This document shows positions 28,955 to 38,482 of a DNA stretch of 64,000 nucleotides, piece after piece (position 1 is the first letter of the stretch; each line of letters opens with the position of its first letter). Position numbers and translations under genes: made by a program. The stretch comes from a virus: positions 48,463 to 112,462 of IMG/VR virus record IMGVR_UViG_3300037086_000474. The stretch is one strand, 5' to 3'. Below the pieces are notes generated by a model. It saw only the letters and a list, made by a program, of their open reading frames with translations. It ran no database searches and was not told where the DNA came from.

Positions 28955-31905
28955 CTAAACAAGATCTAGCTGAACAACAACTAAAAGAAAACTACAAGAA
29001 ATATGGATTTGATCTTCCATGGGATAAGATTCGATGGGGAGGGGCTCTAATCGAAACTACTCTTAATGATGGAAGTGTGGAGATTGTAGACAGATTAGTT
29101 GAATTCACTCTTTGTTCTCTATATTCTTTCTATTACATAGATAGATATTGCTGGACCGTTCCATCAAACGGTGGGCCAATACCACTCAAACTCTTTTATT
29201 TTCAAAAAGATGCTCTGGGGCTTTTTCAGAAATACAGCAAAGTCATATTCAGAAAGTGCCTGACCGAGGACAACTATATCCAAACAGACAGAGGATTGAT
29301 TTCAATCAAGGAAGCCAAAGTTGGAGACAAGATCCTAACTCTCAAGGACGGCGTTCCTTATTGGGATGAGATTGTTGATTTTTGGGAAAATGAAGAAAAA
29401 CAGGAAGTCGTTAAAATTCATCAATACAATGGAAATATGTTGGAATGCAGTTTAGATCATCCAACAATGACGACAGAAGGGTGGAAAGAGGCTAAGGATA
29501 TAAAGAAAAATGACGAATTAATTTCTTTTTTTGAAAAAGAAACATTTGGAGATTTTGAACTTGAATCTGATGAATTAGCAAAACTCATTGGCTTTTACAT
29601 AGCTGATGGCAAAGCAAGAAGAACCCATTTCACTAATACAAACAAAAAGTACGCTAAAGAGGTATTTGAGGCTTCCAAGCTTTTCAAAGATATAAAACCG
29701 CGCATGGTAACTCATATAAACACTAATCCAAGACATAAAAAATATGGATATAGTGTTAGCATGTCTAATGGAGATCATTCTGGCAGCTACACATCTAGTT
29801 ATCTCAGATTTGCTGATAGGTTTAATTTTGGTAAAATTGGAAGAGAGAGATTTCTTTCAGAAGAAACTATGAATCTGAATAAACGGCAAATGTCGATTCT
29901 TTTGAATCGATTATATGCTGGAGATGGATGGGCCACTATTGGAAAACGTTCAAATAGTGCTGGTGCTCTTTTTGTTGATTTTGGTGTCGGAATAGGAATG
30001 CCCAACAAAAAATTCGCATATCAAGTGCAGAACATACTAAATACTAAATATGGCATAAAAACAGCTATCAAATATGAAGATAGATTTTGGAGAGTTCAAA
30101 CAGTTGATAAGTATTCTGGTTTAAAGTTTGCTAAAGAGATTGGCATCCAAGGTAAAATTAGTGATAGATTCATCAATAGGGCAGAGAAATCTATAAAATA
30201 CATAGGAAAAAATCCAAATAAAGTTGGAAGAATAAAAAACATAGGAAAAAAAACAACGTATGATATAACAACTAAGACTGGAACATTTTTGGCTAATGGA
30301 ATTTTAGTTCACAACTGTCGCCAGGTTGGTGCCTCTGTTCTTTCTGGATGCTATGCTCTTTGGAGAGCCAATTTTCAATTGTCACAGAACATCAAAGTCA
30401 TTTCTTTGAAGATTGATGATGCTCGCGAATTCAAAGAGAAGACAATTGATCTCAATTATCTCAACATGCCAGGATTTTTGAAAACTGTTGCAACCAGAGA
30501 CGGAAATAACAGAACTACTCTGAAGCTCAAAAATGGCTCAATGATAAAGATTCTTCCAAAGTCTAAAAATGCAGGTCGTGGTGGTACTCCTTCACTCGTA
30601 ATTATAGACGAGGCAGCATTTAATGAATGGATGGATCATATTTGGAAATCCATTGAACCATCATTGGACAAGGGTGGAGACATCATTGTTATTTCGACGA
30701 CCAATGGTGTTGGAAATTGGTACCATCTTACATATTCTAGAGCAGAGACTGGAGAGAATGAATTTTATCCAATTCATATTCCATGGTGGAAATATCCTGG
30801 AAGAGACAACCCATGGCTTCAAGATGTGCTCGATGGAAAAATACCAACAGACCAAATAGAAGATTTTGTTGCAGTTGAAGAATTAAAACAGCTCGCCTAT
30901 GAAGGCGACCCAAGAAAAGCTCCATGGCTTTGGAAGAGACGACATAATGCTAAGAACGAAAAAGACTTCCATCAAGAAATATTAGCAGAGTTTATTGGTT
31001 CTGGTGATACGGTCACGACTCCAAAAACAATCATGAGATTAGAGGCCGAAAAAAGAGATCCAAGATGGGTTGATCGTATGCCGAATGGAGAGGGACCATA
31101 TGCTGGACTTTGGTGCTGGGAAGACAGAAAAGAAGACCGTTATTACATGCTCACTGCTGATACAGCAACTGGTCATGGAAGAGATTTTTCCACCTTTCAA
31201 GTTATGGACATTTTCAACAGAGAGCAGGTTGCAGAATTTAGATATCAAATACCAACGGATAGTTTTGGAATGCTGATAAAGAAAATGGCTCGTTATTACA
31301 ACAACGCCTTTGTGGTAGTTGAAACAAACCACCCTGGACCAGCAACTTTTAATGAAGTCTATAAATCAAGAATAGATCCATACCCTAATGTATATGTGCA
31401 AAAAAGAGGCAAGGATTTGGCATCTTGGGAAACGACATCAAAGACAAGAGTAAAGTTAATAGAGGCTTATTTTAGAGATTTGGAAAATGGATCCATTCAT
31501 GTTTATTCAAGTCGACTTTTGGAAGAAATCAAGACATTTATTTGGTCAGATTCCGACAAACCAGAAGCTCTGACTGGATACAATGATGACTTGGTTATGT
31601 CTCTTGCTATGTTCTGTCATTTGAAAGACAAACAGCAAACAGCAATGCCTCTTATTCTGAGCTCATCGTACAGTAAGGCTAGTGAATATTCTGAAACAAT
31701 GCCAGATTTGAAATGGGCTGAAAGAGAGCGACAGATTACTGAAATGTATGGAGTAAGTCTGGAAGATTGGTACTGGGTGAGTGGGAATAAGGCTCCAGAT
31801 GAGTATTTAAAAATGAAGGAGCGGCAGGAGCAAGATAAAGAAGAGAGGCAAGTAGTTTTAGAAAAGCCTCCAGAGTGGTTGACTAAGATTGTAAAGGATA
31901 AATAA
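28951..31905 (+). CDS. terL: terminase large subunit with intein
   Basis: Spliced K|CRQVGAS Walker A region, LVIIDEAAF Walker B, ISTTNG, and nuclease motifs ADTATGHGRDFS, VVETN, NDDLVMSLA. Confidence 0.92.
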   Translation: MTKQDLAEQQLKENYKKYGFDLPWDKIRWGGALIETTLNDGSVEIVDRLVEFTLCSLYSFYYIDRYCWTVPSNGGPIPLKLFYFQKDALGLFQKYSKVIFRKCLTEDNYIQTDRGLISIKEAKVGDKILTLKDGVPYWDEIVDFWENEEKQEVVKIHQYNGNMLECSLDHPTMTTEGWKEAKDIKKNDELISFFEKETFGDFELESDELAKLIGFYIADGKARRTHFTNTNKKYAKEVFEASKLFKDIKPRMVTHINTNPRHKKYGYSVSMSNGDHSGSYTSSYLRFADRFNFGKIGRERFLSEETMNLNKRQMSILLNRLYAGDGWATIGKRSNSAGALFVDFGVGIGMPNKKFAYQVQNILNTKYGIKTAIKYEDRFWRVQTVDKYSGLKFAKEIGIQGKISDRFINRAEKSIKYIGKNPNKVGRIKNIGKKTTYDITTKTGTFLANGILVHNCRQVGASVLSGCYALWRANFQLSQNIKVISLKIDDAREFKEKTIDLNYLNMPGFLKTVATRDGNNRTTLKLKNGSMIKILPKSKNAGRGGTPSLVIIDEAAFNEWMDHIWKSIEPSLDKGGDIIVISTTNGVGNWYHLTYSRAETGENEFYPIHIPWWKYPGRDNPWLQDVLDGKIPTDQIEDFVAVEELKQLAYEGDPRKAPWLWKRRHNAKNEKDFHQEILAEFIGSGDTVTTPKTIMRLEAEKRDPRWVDRMPNGEGPYAGLWCWEDRKEDRYYMLTADTATGHGRDFSTFQVMDIFNREQVAEFRYQIPTDSFGMLIKKMARYYNNAFVVVETNHPGPATFNEVYKSRIDPYPNVYVQKRGKDLASWETTSKTRVKLIEAYFRDLENGSIHVYSSRLLEEIKTFIWSDSDKPEALTGYNDDLVMSLAMFCHLKDKQQTAMPLILSSSYSKASEYSETMPDLKWAERERQITEMYGVSLEDWYWVSGNKAPDEYLKMKERQEQDKEERQVVLEKPPEWLTKIVKDK
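29257..30315 (+). mobile_element. 353-aa intein with LAGLIDADG homing endonuclease
   Basis: Starts CLTEDNYI; block B CSLDHP; LIGFYIADG and LYAGDG; ends YDITT...FLANGILVHN followed by Cys. Confidence 0.93.
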
Positions 31906-32217
31906 ATGAAATATGAGAAATTGGCCGAACAAGTTCAAGCAGCCCTCACGGCTCAAAGATTGACAAGAGCTGCCGGACGGGCATTTACTTATAAAGGTCC
32001 AGCAACTACTCGTGTCACTCGACAACAAAAGGTTAATCTCTATAAAGAAAAAGATCCAGCAAGCATCAAGGGAGCGCTTGAAAATGCTTTCGATATGATG
32101 ATCGCTGCGGTCAATGGAACTCATATTCAACAATTTGCCATTTCAAAGATCAATACACTTCGAACTCAACTCTACAATAAAATTGAAAATGAAGAGCACA
32201 TGAAGGAGCAGAAATGA
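31906..32217 (+). CDS. hypothetical protein
   Basis: 103 aa; MKYEKLAE N-terminus. Confidence 0.65.
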   Translation: MKYEKLAEQVQAALTAQRLTRAAGRAFTYKGPATTRVTRQQKVNLYKEKDPASIKGALENAFDMMIAAVNGTHIQQFAISKINTLRTQLYNKIENEEHMKEQK

Positions 32218-32405
32218 TTTTCAATATAGCTCTTGAAATGCTCAAAGTTCCTGACATTATCAATCGACCCACCAAAAGAATCTCACGGGCTTGGAACGCT
32301 GCTCAAGGCAAAAATGATGATTTGAAGAACAAAAAGCGTAAAAAGAAGAGCTCATCTGAAAAGCGACAAAAAGCTATTTTAGAGCCTAAGTTCAAGTATT
32401 TATAA
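32214..32405 (+). CDS. small basic protein
   Basis: AAGGAG SD; ATGA overlap. Confidence 0.55.
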   Translation: MIFNIALEMLKVPDIINRPTKRISRAWNAAQGKNDDLKNKKRKKKSSSEKRQKAILEPKFKYL

Positions 32406-32411
32406 TACTAT

Positions 32412-32780
32412 ATGAAAAAATTGATACTAGTCATCATCCTAATGCTCGTAGTGGCAGAATGCTTTGGGGCCACAAATAGTGCAGTCGTGTTTCCAAACAT
32501 GAACTTCAATCAGGGACTCAACTTCATAGATGGATATTTTTCTGTCATTGGGACGGTAGTTGTCTCTATTGTTTTGCCCTTTGTCTTTGATGATCCTATG
32601 GATAAAGTCACTGGTATACCTCCTGGATTTCTTTATTGTTCTATGGATGCAATTCTTATCGCCTCTGCTATTTGGAACCTTACTATTGCGACCTCAGAAT
32701 GGGGCCATCAGCACTACACCAATCCGAAACTTTTTAGTACCAATGTTTATGTTCTTGGATTCAAGATTTTTTCCATCTAG
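32412..32780 (+). CDS. signal-peptide-bearing membrane protein
   Basis: MKKLILVIILMLVVAEC signal plus two hydrophobic segments. Confidence 0.65.
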   Translation: MKKLILVIILMLVVAECFGATNSAVVFPNMNFNQGLNFIDGYFSVIGTVVVSIVLPFVFDDPMDKVTGIPPGFLYCSMDAILIASAIWNLTIATSEWGHQHYTNPKLFSTNVYVLGFKIFSI

Positions 32781-32830
32781 CATACTTCATTCAGAGGTAT
32801 AGTCTATGATGTCATTTATTTGGTGTCCAA

Positions 32831-33439
32831 TTGGCAAGAAGGATAAGAATGCAACTTTGGATGAATTTGACAAGAAATAAGCCCGATTTTGAATCAGCCA
32901 TAATAGCTTCTGGTTATGGAATAATTCGAGGTGTCATCAATCCTATCTACAAGGCTGATGACGTGAGGTCAAAACTCACTGGTCAGTATACCTATCTTGA
33001 ACCACTAGCAGAAACTAATCCTTTGAATCTTGGAGAGATCATTAAGTTCAAAATTGATGCGATTTCTCCATTAAAATTTCAGGGATTTGGTTTTGTCTTT
33101 GATGCTGACAGCGTTGGAATTGCTATCTTCTCCCAATTGAAACGCAATTTTTCTTGTCAGTTTGGAGCTTATTACAGCAAAGAAGGAGATTGGACCAGTC
33201 CACGTTTTTTCATGAGCATCAACGCTATGTTTGAAGCTGGAGTCGATTACGTTTTTTTGAATCCATCATTCCTTCCTGAAATCATTGAATGGGTCATAAA
33301 AATCCATGATAGAATGCTCTACAAAACTAGAGTTATATTAGAAAGTGATGAGGGGAGTTCAGATGATGTATTGGCATCTGGCGCCCATGGTCTTCTGCTT
33401 AAAGACTATGAGTATGTCAATTTTTTTGGTAAAGTCTAA
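32831..33439 (+). CDS. hypothetical alpha/beta protein (possibly degenerate TIM barrel)
   Basis: EAGVDYVF and LASGAHGLLL segments; start uncertain. Confidence 0.5.
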   Translation: MARRIRMQLWMNLTRNKPDFESAIIASGYGIIRGVINPIYKADDVRSKLTGQYTYLEPLAETNPLNLGEIIKFKIDAISPLKFQGFGFVFDADSVGIAIFSQLKRNFSCQFGAYYSKEGDWTSPRFFMSINAMFEAGVDYVFLNPSFLPEIIEWVIKIHDRMLYKTRVILESDEGSSDDVLASGAHGLLLKDYEYVNFFGKV

Positions 33440-33885
33440 TGGGCACCAATTTTTACATGCGAACTAAAAATATAGAAAATTATCCTGAAAAAATTCGTTC
33501 TGATGAGTCTCTCAGCAGCAAGAATTTTTTTGGATGTATCCATATCGGTAAAAGAAGTGCTGCGGGTATGTGGTGCTATGATTGCGGAGTTACTCTTTGT
33601 AAAGACGGAATCGAAGGAATCCACAACGGCAAATCTGAATGGTACAAAGAGAGCGACAAATTTGTTTGCCCAAAGTGCGGCAAAGAAGTAAAGACTCATT
33701 GTTCTTCTTGGACTTGGGCTGTTGATCCGGGTGACGTGTTTTTCAAAGCAGAATTGATTTCAGGTTCCAACAAAAAAATCGTAGTAAATGAGTATGGAGA
33801 TGAAATTACTGGTGACGATTTTTTGATTGAACTCGAAAAGGTACCGATCAAATTCATACACTCAGTAGGAGTTGATTTCTCATGA
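33439..33885 (+). CDS. phage hypothetical protein with Zn ribbon
   Basis: MGTNFY, HIGKRS, CYDC/CPKC, NEYG motifs. Confidence 0.7.
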   Translation: MGTNFYMRTKNIENYPEKIRSDESLSSKNFFGCIHIGKRSAAGMWCYDCGVTLCKDGIEGIHNGKSEWYKESDKFVCPKCGKEVKTHCSSWTWAVDPGDVFFKAELISGSNKKIVVNEYGDEITGDDFLIELEKVPIKFIHSVGVDFS

Positions 33886-34295
33886 TAACAGTAGCTGATT
33901 TGATTAAGGAACTTAAAAATAGAGATCCAAAGGCCATCATTGTTGCTCGTGATAAATGGCAAACCTTCGAAATCAAAAGCATTGGAAGCAGCACTTGGCC
34001 ATATGGCAAAGACAAGAGACCGGCAGTATGGCTTTTGGAGTAAAATGACTGACGCGAAGTTTGCCAAACTACTCCTATCAGATATCACTTGCGATGATTG
34101 TTTCTATAAGTTAAAATTAGTAAATATAGGAGCAAATTCGGCAGCACTTGCGTATGAGTTTAACCAAACGGCCAAAACGATAGGGGCGCACTGCAGAATC
34201 ATTGGATTAGTTGAGTTCAAATCCGACAAAGTTCCTTATGAAACCTACATCTTTCGAAGCAAGAGACTTTGCAAGCAGTGGAAGAGGAGAAAATA

Positions 34296-34703
34296 ATGGG
34301 TTTCAACACGGTTGTCCATATTTTGAATGACATGTTCTCTCAACTCCAAGAGCATCCTAAGGAGTTTGTCGATTACATTCTCAGCAGAATGAATGGTGGT
34401 CCGAAATATCAAGGAAGTCCAGTAGATCAAGCAGTCGAAGTCATGCAAACCCACCATGCTTCTGATTATGTACTTTACCTCTCTGGTGGAAACACATGTT
34501 TCGATTTTTCTTCAAAAGAAATTGACAGACTTTTGGCTAGTGGCCACGATGAATACCTCGATAAGATTGTCAGAGAAGCTCAGTGGCATGTCACACGAAT
34601 GAAGAGATATGTCGCTGAACAGCGGGCAATAAGAGACCCTTTGCTCTACAAGGCGAAAAAGGCGGTGGCGAGCCATCGGGCTCGAAAGAAGGCAAAAAAA
34701 TGA
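34296..34703 (+). CDS. hypothetical protein
   Basis: GAGGAG SD before MGFNTVVHILND. Confidence 0.7.
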   Translation: MGFNTVVHILNDMFSQLQEHPKEFVDYILSRMNGGPKYQGSPVDQAVEVMQTHHASDYVLYLSGGNTCFDFSSKEIDRLLASGHDEYLDKIVREAQWHVTRMKRYVAEQRAIRDPLLYKAKKAVASHRARKKAKK

Positions 34704-34897
34704 TCGACGTCAAGTTTAGTCATTTCAACAATGGCGCGTGTCCAATGTGTAAACATAACACCAATTGCAACATTCTTAAATCCATGAATCACTCAGTCAA
34801 CCTAGTGGCTAGTGCCAAATTTGATAAAGTGATGGAGATCGTTGTATATCGTTGTCCAGAGTTTGAAGAGAAGGATTTCATAGCTGATAAAGAATGA
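34700..34897 (+). CDS. small Cys-rich protein
   Basis: CPMC...C...CPEF; ATGA overlaps at both ends. Confidence 0.65.
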   Translation: MIDVKFSHFNNGACPMCKHNTNCNILKSMNHSVNLVASAKFDKVMEIVVYRCPEFEEKDFIADKE

Positions 34898-35139
34898 GTA
34901 CAAAAATCGCTCGTTTTTACCGTAAGCTTTCAGATCAGGAACTTTTTGGATGCATCAAAGACATCAAAAAACTCCATCAAACAGGTGTGCTTCCAAATAA
35001 CTCCATAGTGACCAAAGTCAAAGAAGATTTTTGCAATATTTCTGGCATGGGAGAAGCTGTGGCATTTGATGCCAACATCAAAAATCTACGGTGGGAAGCA
35101 GCCCAGAGATGGTTTGACCAAGTACTAGATCGCGTCTAA
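34894..35139 (+). CDS. hypothetical protein
   Basis: 81 aa, coupled start. Confidence 0.6.
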   Translation: MSTKIARFYRKLSDQELFGCIKDIKKLHQTGVLPNNSIVTKVKEDFCNISGMGEAVAFDANIKNLRWEAAQRWFDQVLDRV

Positions 35140-35160
35140 GAACAATCAAAAGCTACAGTA

Positions 35161-35166
35161 AAGATA
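35161..35166 (+). promoter_or_regulatory. AAGATA putative late promoter (representative copy)
   Basis: Also at 2571, 13472, 21424, 23752, 28647, 45892 and as TATCTT at 16459, 23725, 40015, 53922, 63971, each shortly before a gene start. Confidence 0.75.
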
Positions 35167-35172
35167 ACCCAT

Positions 35173-35436
35173 ATGAAACTATTCAAATGGTATTCTCGCA
35201 AAACAACAACTGGCATAATAGAATACGTCTTTCCATTTTTCGAGGTCAATCCAAGTGATCCTGGTGTGGCCTATTTTCAATACACTTCTAATGATTCATC
35301 TATAGGAATGGACGCCACATCAACTCCAGATTTTGAAAACATCTATACCAAAGACAAAAGCAATCACGAAGAAAAGATACACGGAATGATATATTCTCTT
35401 TTTACTGATCTATACCAAATATTGGAATATTTTTAG
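35173..35436 (+). CDS. small protein, C-terminal-motif family
   Basis: HGMIYSLFTD; AAGATA 6 nt before the ATG. Confidence 0.7.
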   Translation: MKLFKWYSRKTTTGIIEYVFPFFEVNPSDPGVAYFQYTSNDSSIGMDATSTPDFENIYTKDKSNHEEKIHGMIYSLFTDLYQILEYF

Positions 35437-35437
35437 G

Positions 35438-35683
35438 ATGAGAACAAAACCTGTGATTGGGAATATCTACTGGATAGTTTGGGAACATGGTGGCCTTCCA
35501 GATATTGGAGAGGCCATTGAATATGCCAGTGATCGACGAGTTCGAATGAAAGAGCTAACCTCTCACAACACTCTCAATATTTTCTATGGTCAAATTCATG
35601 AGAGGTTGCCCTACAAATTATCACCGTATCTAATGCAAAATGTGATCAAGAACCTTTTTGATAATAAGGCTCGTTTTAAATAA
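35438..35683 (+). CDS. small protein, C-terminal-motif family
   Basis: PVIGNIYWI...QNVIKNLFDN. Confidence 0.7.
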   Translation: MRTKPVIGNIYWIVWEHGGLPDIGEAIEYASDRRVRMKELTSHNTLNIFYGQIHERLPYKLSPYLMQNVIKNLFDNKARFK

Positions 35684-35687
35684 TATT

Positions 35688-38468
35688 CTACTGAGTTTCG
35701 ATTATCTGATAATTCCAAGTGTATGTTGTTCCAGTTATTGGAGCTGCCGTAAAATTCACACTAAATCCACTTACTAATGATGTCACAAAAACACCAATTG
35801 TGTTACCCGCAGCATTTGCATTTGTCGGTGTGAGATTAACAATTGGCACAACATTATAAGCAACGTTGAAACTTACCGTAAGTTGAGTTCCTGAAGCGAC
35901 GGCAGCAGATCCAGATGTCAAACTAACAGAACCAGCACTATCTGTAGCATGAGACACAGAAGCAGTGGCACCAGTACCAGCATTAGCATTTGGAGTTGCT
36001 GTTGGAGCTGTAGTTTGAGTACTTTTGAGATGTCCATTATTAAAGACAGCTGAGGTGCTAGCATTAGGAGATAATGATTCAAGGATGTTTTTAGTTGTAC
36101 TAGTTCCTAATACGGCTCCATTTGTGACAAACCAATAGTTGGTCGATCCATCCATTCTGAGTGCATTTGATCCACCATCAAACATTGCACTGTTAGTAAT
36201 TTGAGACACATAAATTCCATAGTCATCAAAGTTTACTGAATTTGCTAACCAAATCATTCCGCCCTTGAAAGTAGTGAATTCAACATGGCTATACTGAAGA
36301 AGGGTCAACAAACCACTAAATTCATTGTTTTCAGAATATGCCAGTTCAACTCCTATACTGCCTCCTCGACCGACACCATTATAAATACCATTAAATATTC
36401 CTCTGATGCGGCTCTTATATAAGGCAAAAAACTGAGCAGTGCCCTGCGTAAGCAAACTAGCATCAACTGATATGGTTGAAGGGAGCGCATATGCAAATGT
36501 AAGTGATGGAGTTCCGCCCGCGGTTGCTGGTTGAGTAATTACAAGAGCTGAACTACTAGTAATGCTCTTGATGAATGTGTTAGAGGGAATTCCAGCACCA
36601 CTCAAAGCTTGGCCTGTCATAAGTCCAGTAGTGCTCAATCCTGTAATACTTGTTGATCCAAGAGTTGTTGTTCCAGTTTGAACGCTATAGGTCATTAGCC
36701 CTGGATTACCAAATATTTCTATATCACCAAAAGAATATTCTTGATTGACATTATTTCCACTTTGAATATCGAGCAAACGCAAGGTGCCAGTCAGTCTATT
36801 TTTAGAAATATAAGCAAAGTGTGTAGAGTTTGAATCGTCATGAGGAGTCACACCAGCGCAGAATGAGAATCCATGTCTCATTGACCATGAATTGAACATA
36901 ACGTCTGGTTGCAAGTGAAAGTCGATAAAATGATCTGTTCCGGGCTGTGGAGTCCAGAATGTTGAGTTTGTACCACCACTATTATAAGTACTACCAGCAT
37001 CAGCTCTTCCAAGATGCACAGGTCCTAAACCAATTGTGCAAATTTTTCTCTTCGTCATATCACAATAGAAAATGCTTGGAATTTGGAATGAAAGGCTAAC
37101 TGTGGCTGAAGCGGTGGCGGGTTGTGAAAGAGTAAGGGTCCCTAAATTCATCGTTGCACTAAAGCTAATAGCTGTGACCGTAGTTCCAGATTGAATCCCA
37201 GAACCAGTCACTGTTTGACCAATCATCGCATTAGCTACATAACTGACATTATTGACTGTTGAACCACTGCTTGCCGTTGTACCTGTTACTTGAAGAGGCA
37301 CATTGACTGTAAATGGCACATCAGAAGCTGTTGCAGTAGCAGCATGAGAAATTGTTACACTAGAGGCTCCAACTGTAGTCATTGAAGCAGTACCAGACTG
37401 AACAGCATTATTGCTTACTTGTATACTGGTACCACCAGGCAAAATGGCAGTAATTCTAGAGGCTGGTAAATATGATTGACTACTACCTGAATACACGGTT
37501 TGTCCAACCCACAAAGCAGCAGTGCTTGAAAAACCTGTGACTATATTGCTTCCAGTAGTATAGCTGACTGTTCCAAAAAATCCACCAGCAATAAAACTTT
37601 GTCCACTGATTGTAGTGTTGACGGGAATGCCTGGTCCAGTGATTGTCTGTCCATTGATTGCCGGGAGATAAGTGTATCCAAAATCGTAAACCGTAGTCGA
37701 TCCGGTTATAGTAGTTCCATATATTGTAAGATTATTGGAAGTAGGAGTGTAGACGCCTGCAGGAAGCATTATGACCCAGTCATTGCCGTTTTGAGTGAGA
37801 GTGTCATCTGCACGAGGAATAGAAGCCCATGCTGCATTGAGATCAGTTCCAAATTGTTTGACTCCATAGCTAGACAGTCCTTGCATATTGTTTGGAAAAA
37901 CTGTGATCTGGCTGAAACTCAAATTTGAAGCTAGAGCTGACTTGACGGCCTTTTGAGTTGGATAGAGAGTGTCAGAATTTGCCGTAAAACTGGCATCAGT
38001 TGATTTATTACTAATATTTTCAGGAGTAAATCCAAGTGCATTTTGTTTGCTGTTGAAAGTAGTCCAATCTGTTGATGAAAGAGCTCCCAATACTGAACCA
38101 GTTGCTGTTGGAATATTGGCTATATTACTCCAATCTAAATCTGTGGCAGAAATGCTATCTCCAACAAATTTGCCACTAATATACAAATTACCAGTTTGAT
38201 AAGTGACATTAGTTATTTGAATGGTGTGGAATACATTTCTAGTAGATCCAACGGCCGTAGAAACCCTCGAAGACAAATCAATGGCTTCAATTCCAATAGT
38301 ATAATCTACGCCCTGAGACAGCAGGGTGCCTCCACCCGAGGCAGCAGTTCTAATGACCAAATCTTGTTGAATAAACCAGTCATGGTCTAATTGAAAAATA
38401 GAGCTGCCAACGTTTGTCTTAAGATTATCAGCAAAAATCAATCCTGTAAGGATTAGATTCATCAACAT
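35688..38468 (-). CDS. tail fibre/spike-like receptor-binding protein
   Basis: 926 aa, T/S/G-rich; four GQxxxGxGIxxxTxI-like beta repeats; C-terminal VSFNVAY..PIVNLTP..GFSV domain. Confidence 0.7.
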   Translation of the reverse strand: MLMNLILTGLIFADNLKTNVGSSIFQLDHDWFIQQDLVIRTAASGGGTLLSQGVDYTIGIEAIDLSSRVSTAVGSTRNVFHTIQITNVTYQTGNLYISGKFVGDSISATDLDWSNIANIPTATGSVLGALSSTDWTTFNSKQNALGFTPENISNKSTDASFTANSDTLYPTQKAVKSALASNLSFSQITVFPNNMQGLSSYGVKQFGTDLNAAWASIPRADDTLTQNGNDWVIMLPAGVYTPTSNNLTIYGTTITGSTTVYDFGYTYLPAINGQTITGPGIPVNTTISGQSFIAGGFFGTVSYTTGSNIVTGFSSTAALWVGQTVYSGSSQSYLPASRITAILPGGTSIQVSNNAVQSGTASMTTVGASSVTISHAATATASDVPFTVNVPLQVTGTTASSGSTVNNVSYVANAMIGQTVTGSGIQSGTTVTAISFSATMNLGTLTLSQPATASATVSLSFQIPSIFYCDMTKRKICTIGLGPVHLGRADAGSTYNSGGTNSTFWTPQPGTDHFIDFHLQPDVMFNSWSMRHGFSFCAGVTPHDDSNSTHFAYISKNRLTGTLRLLDIQSGNNVNQEYSFGDIEIFGNPGLMTYSVQTGTTTLGSTSITGLSTTGLMTGQALSGAGIPSNTFIKSITSSSALVITQPATAGGTPSLTFAYALPSTISVDASLLTQGTAQFFALYKSRIRGIFNGIYNGVGRGGSIGVELAYSENNEFSGLLTLLQYSHVEFTTFKGGMIWLANSVNFDDYGIYVSQITNSAMFDGGSNALRMDGSTNYWFVTNGAVLGTSTTKNILESLSPNASTSAVFNNGHLKSTQTTAPTATPNANAGTGATASVSHATDSAGSVSLTSGSAAVASGTQLTVSFNVAYNVVPIVNLTPTNANAAGNTIGVFVTSLVSGFSVNFTAAPITGTTYTWNYQIIETQ

Positions 38469-38482
38469 AATATTTCTCCTAA

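Noticed and set aside
30240-30315. terL intein C-terminus as the partner for the ligase N-intein
   Set aside because: It is part of a contiguous cis-intein and is followed by terminase sequence, not ligase sequence.
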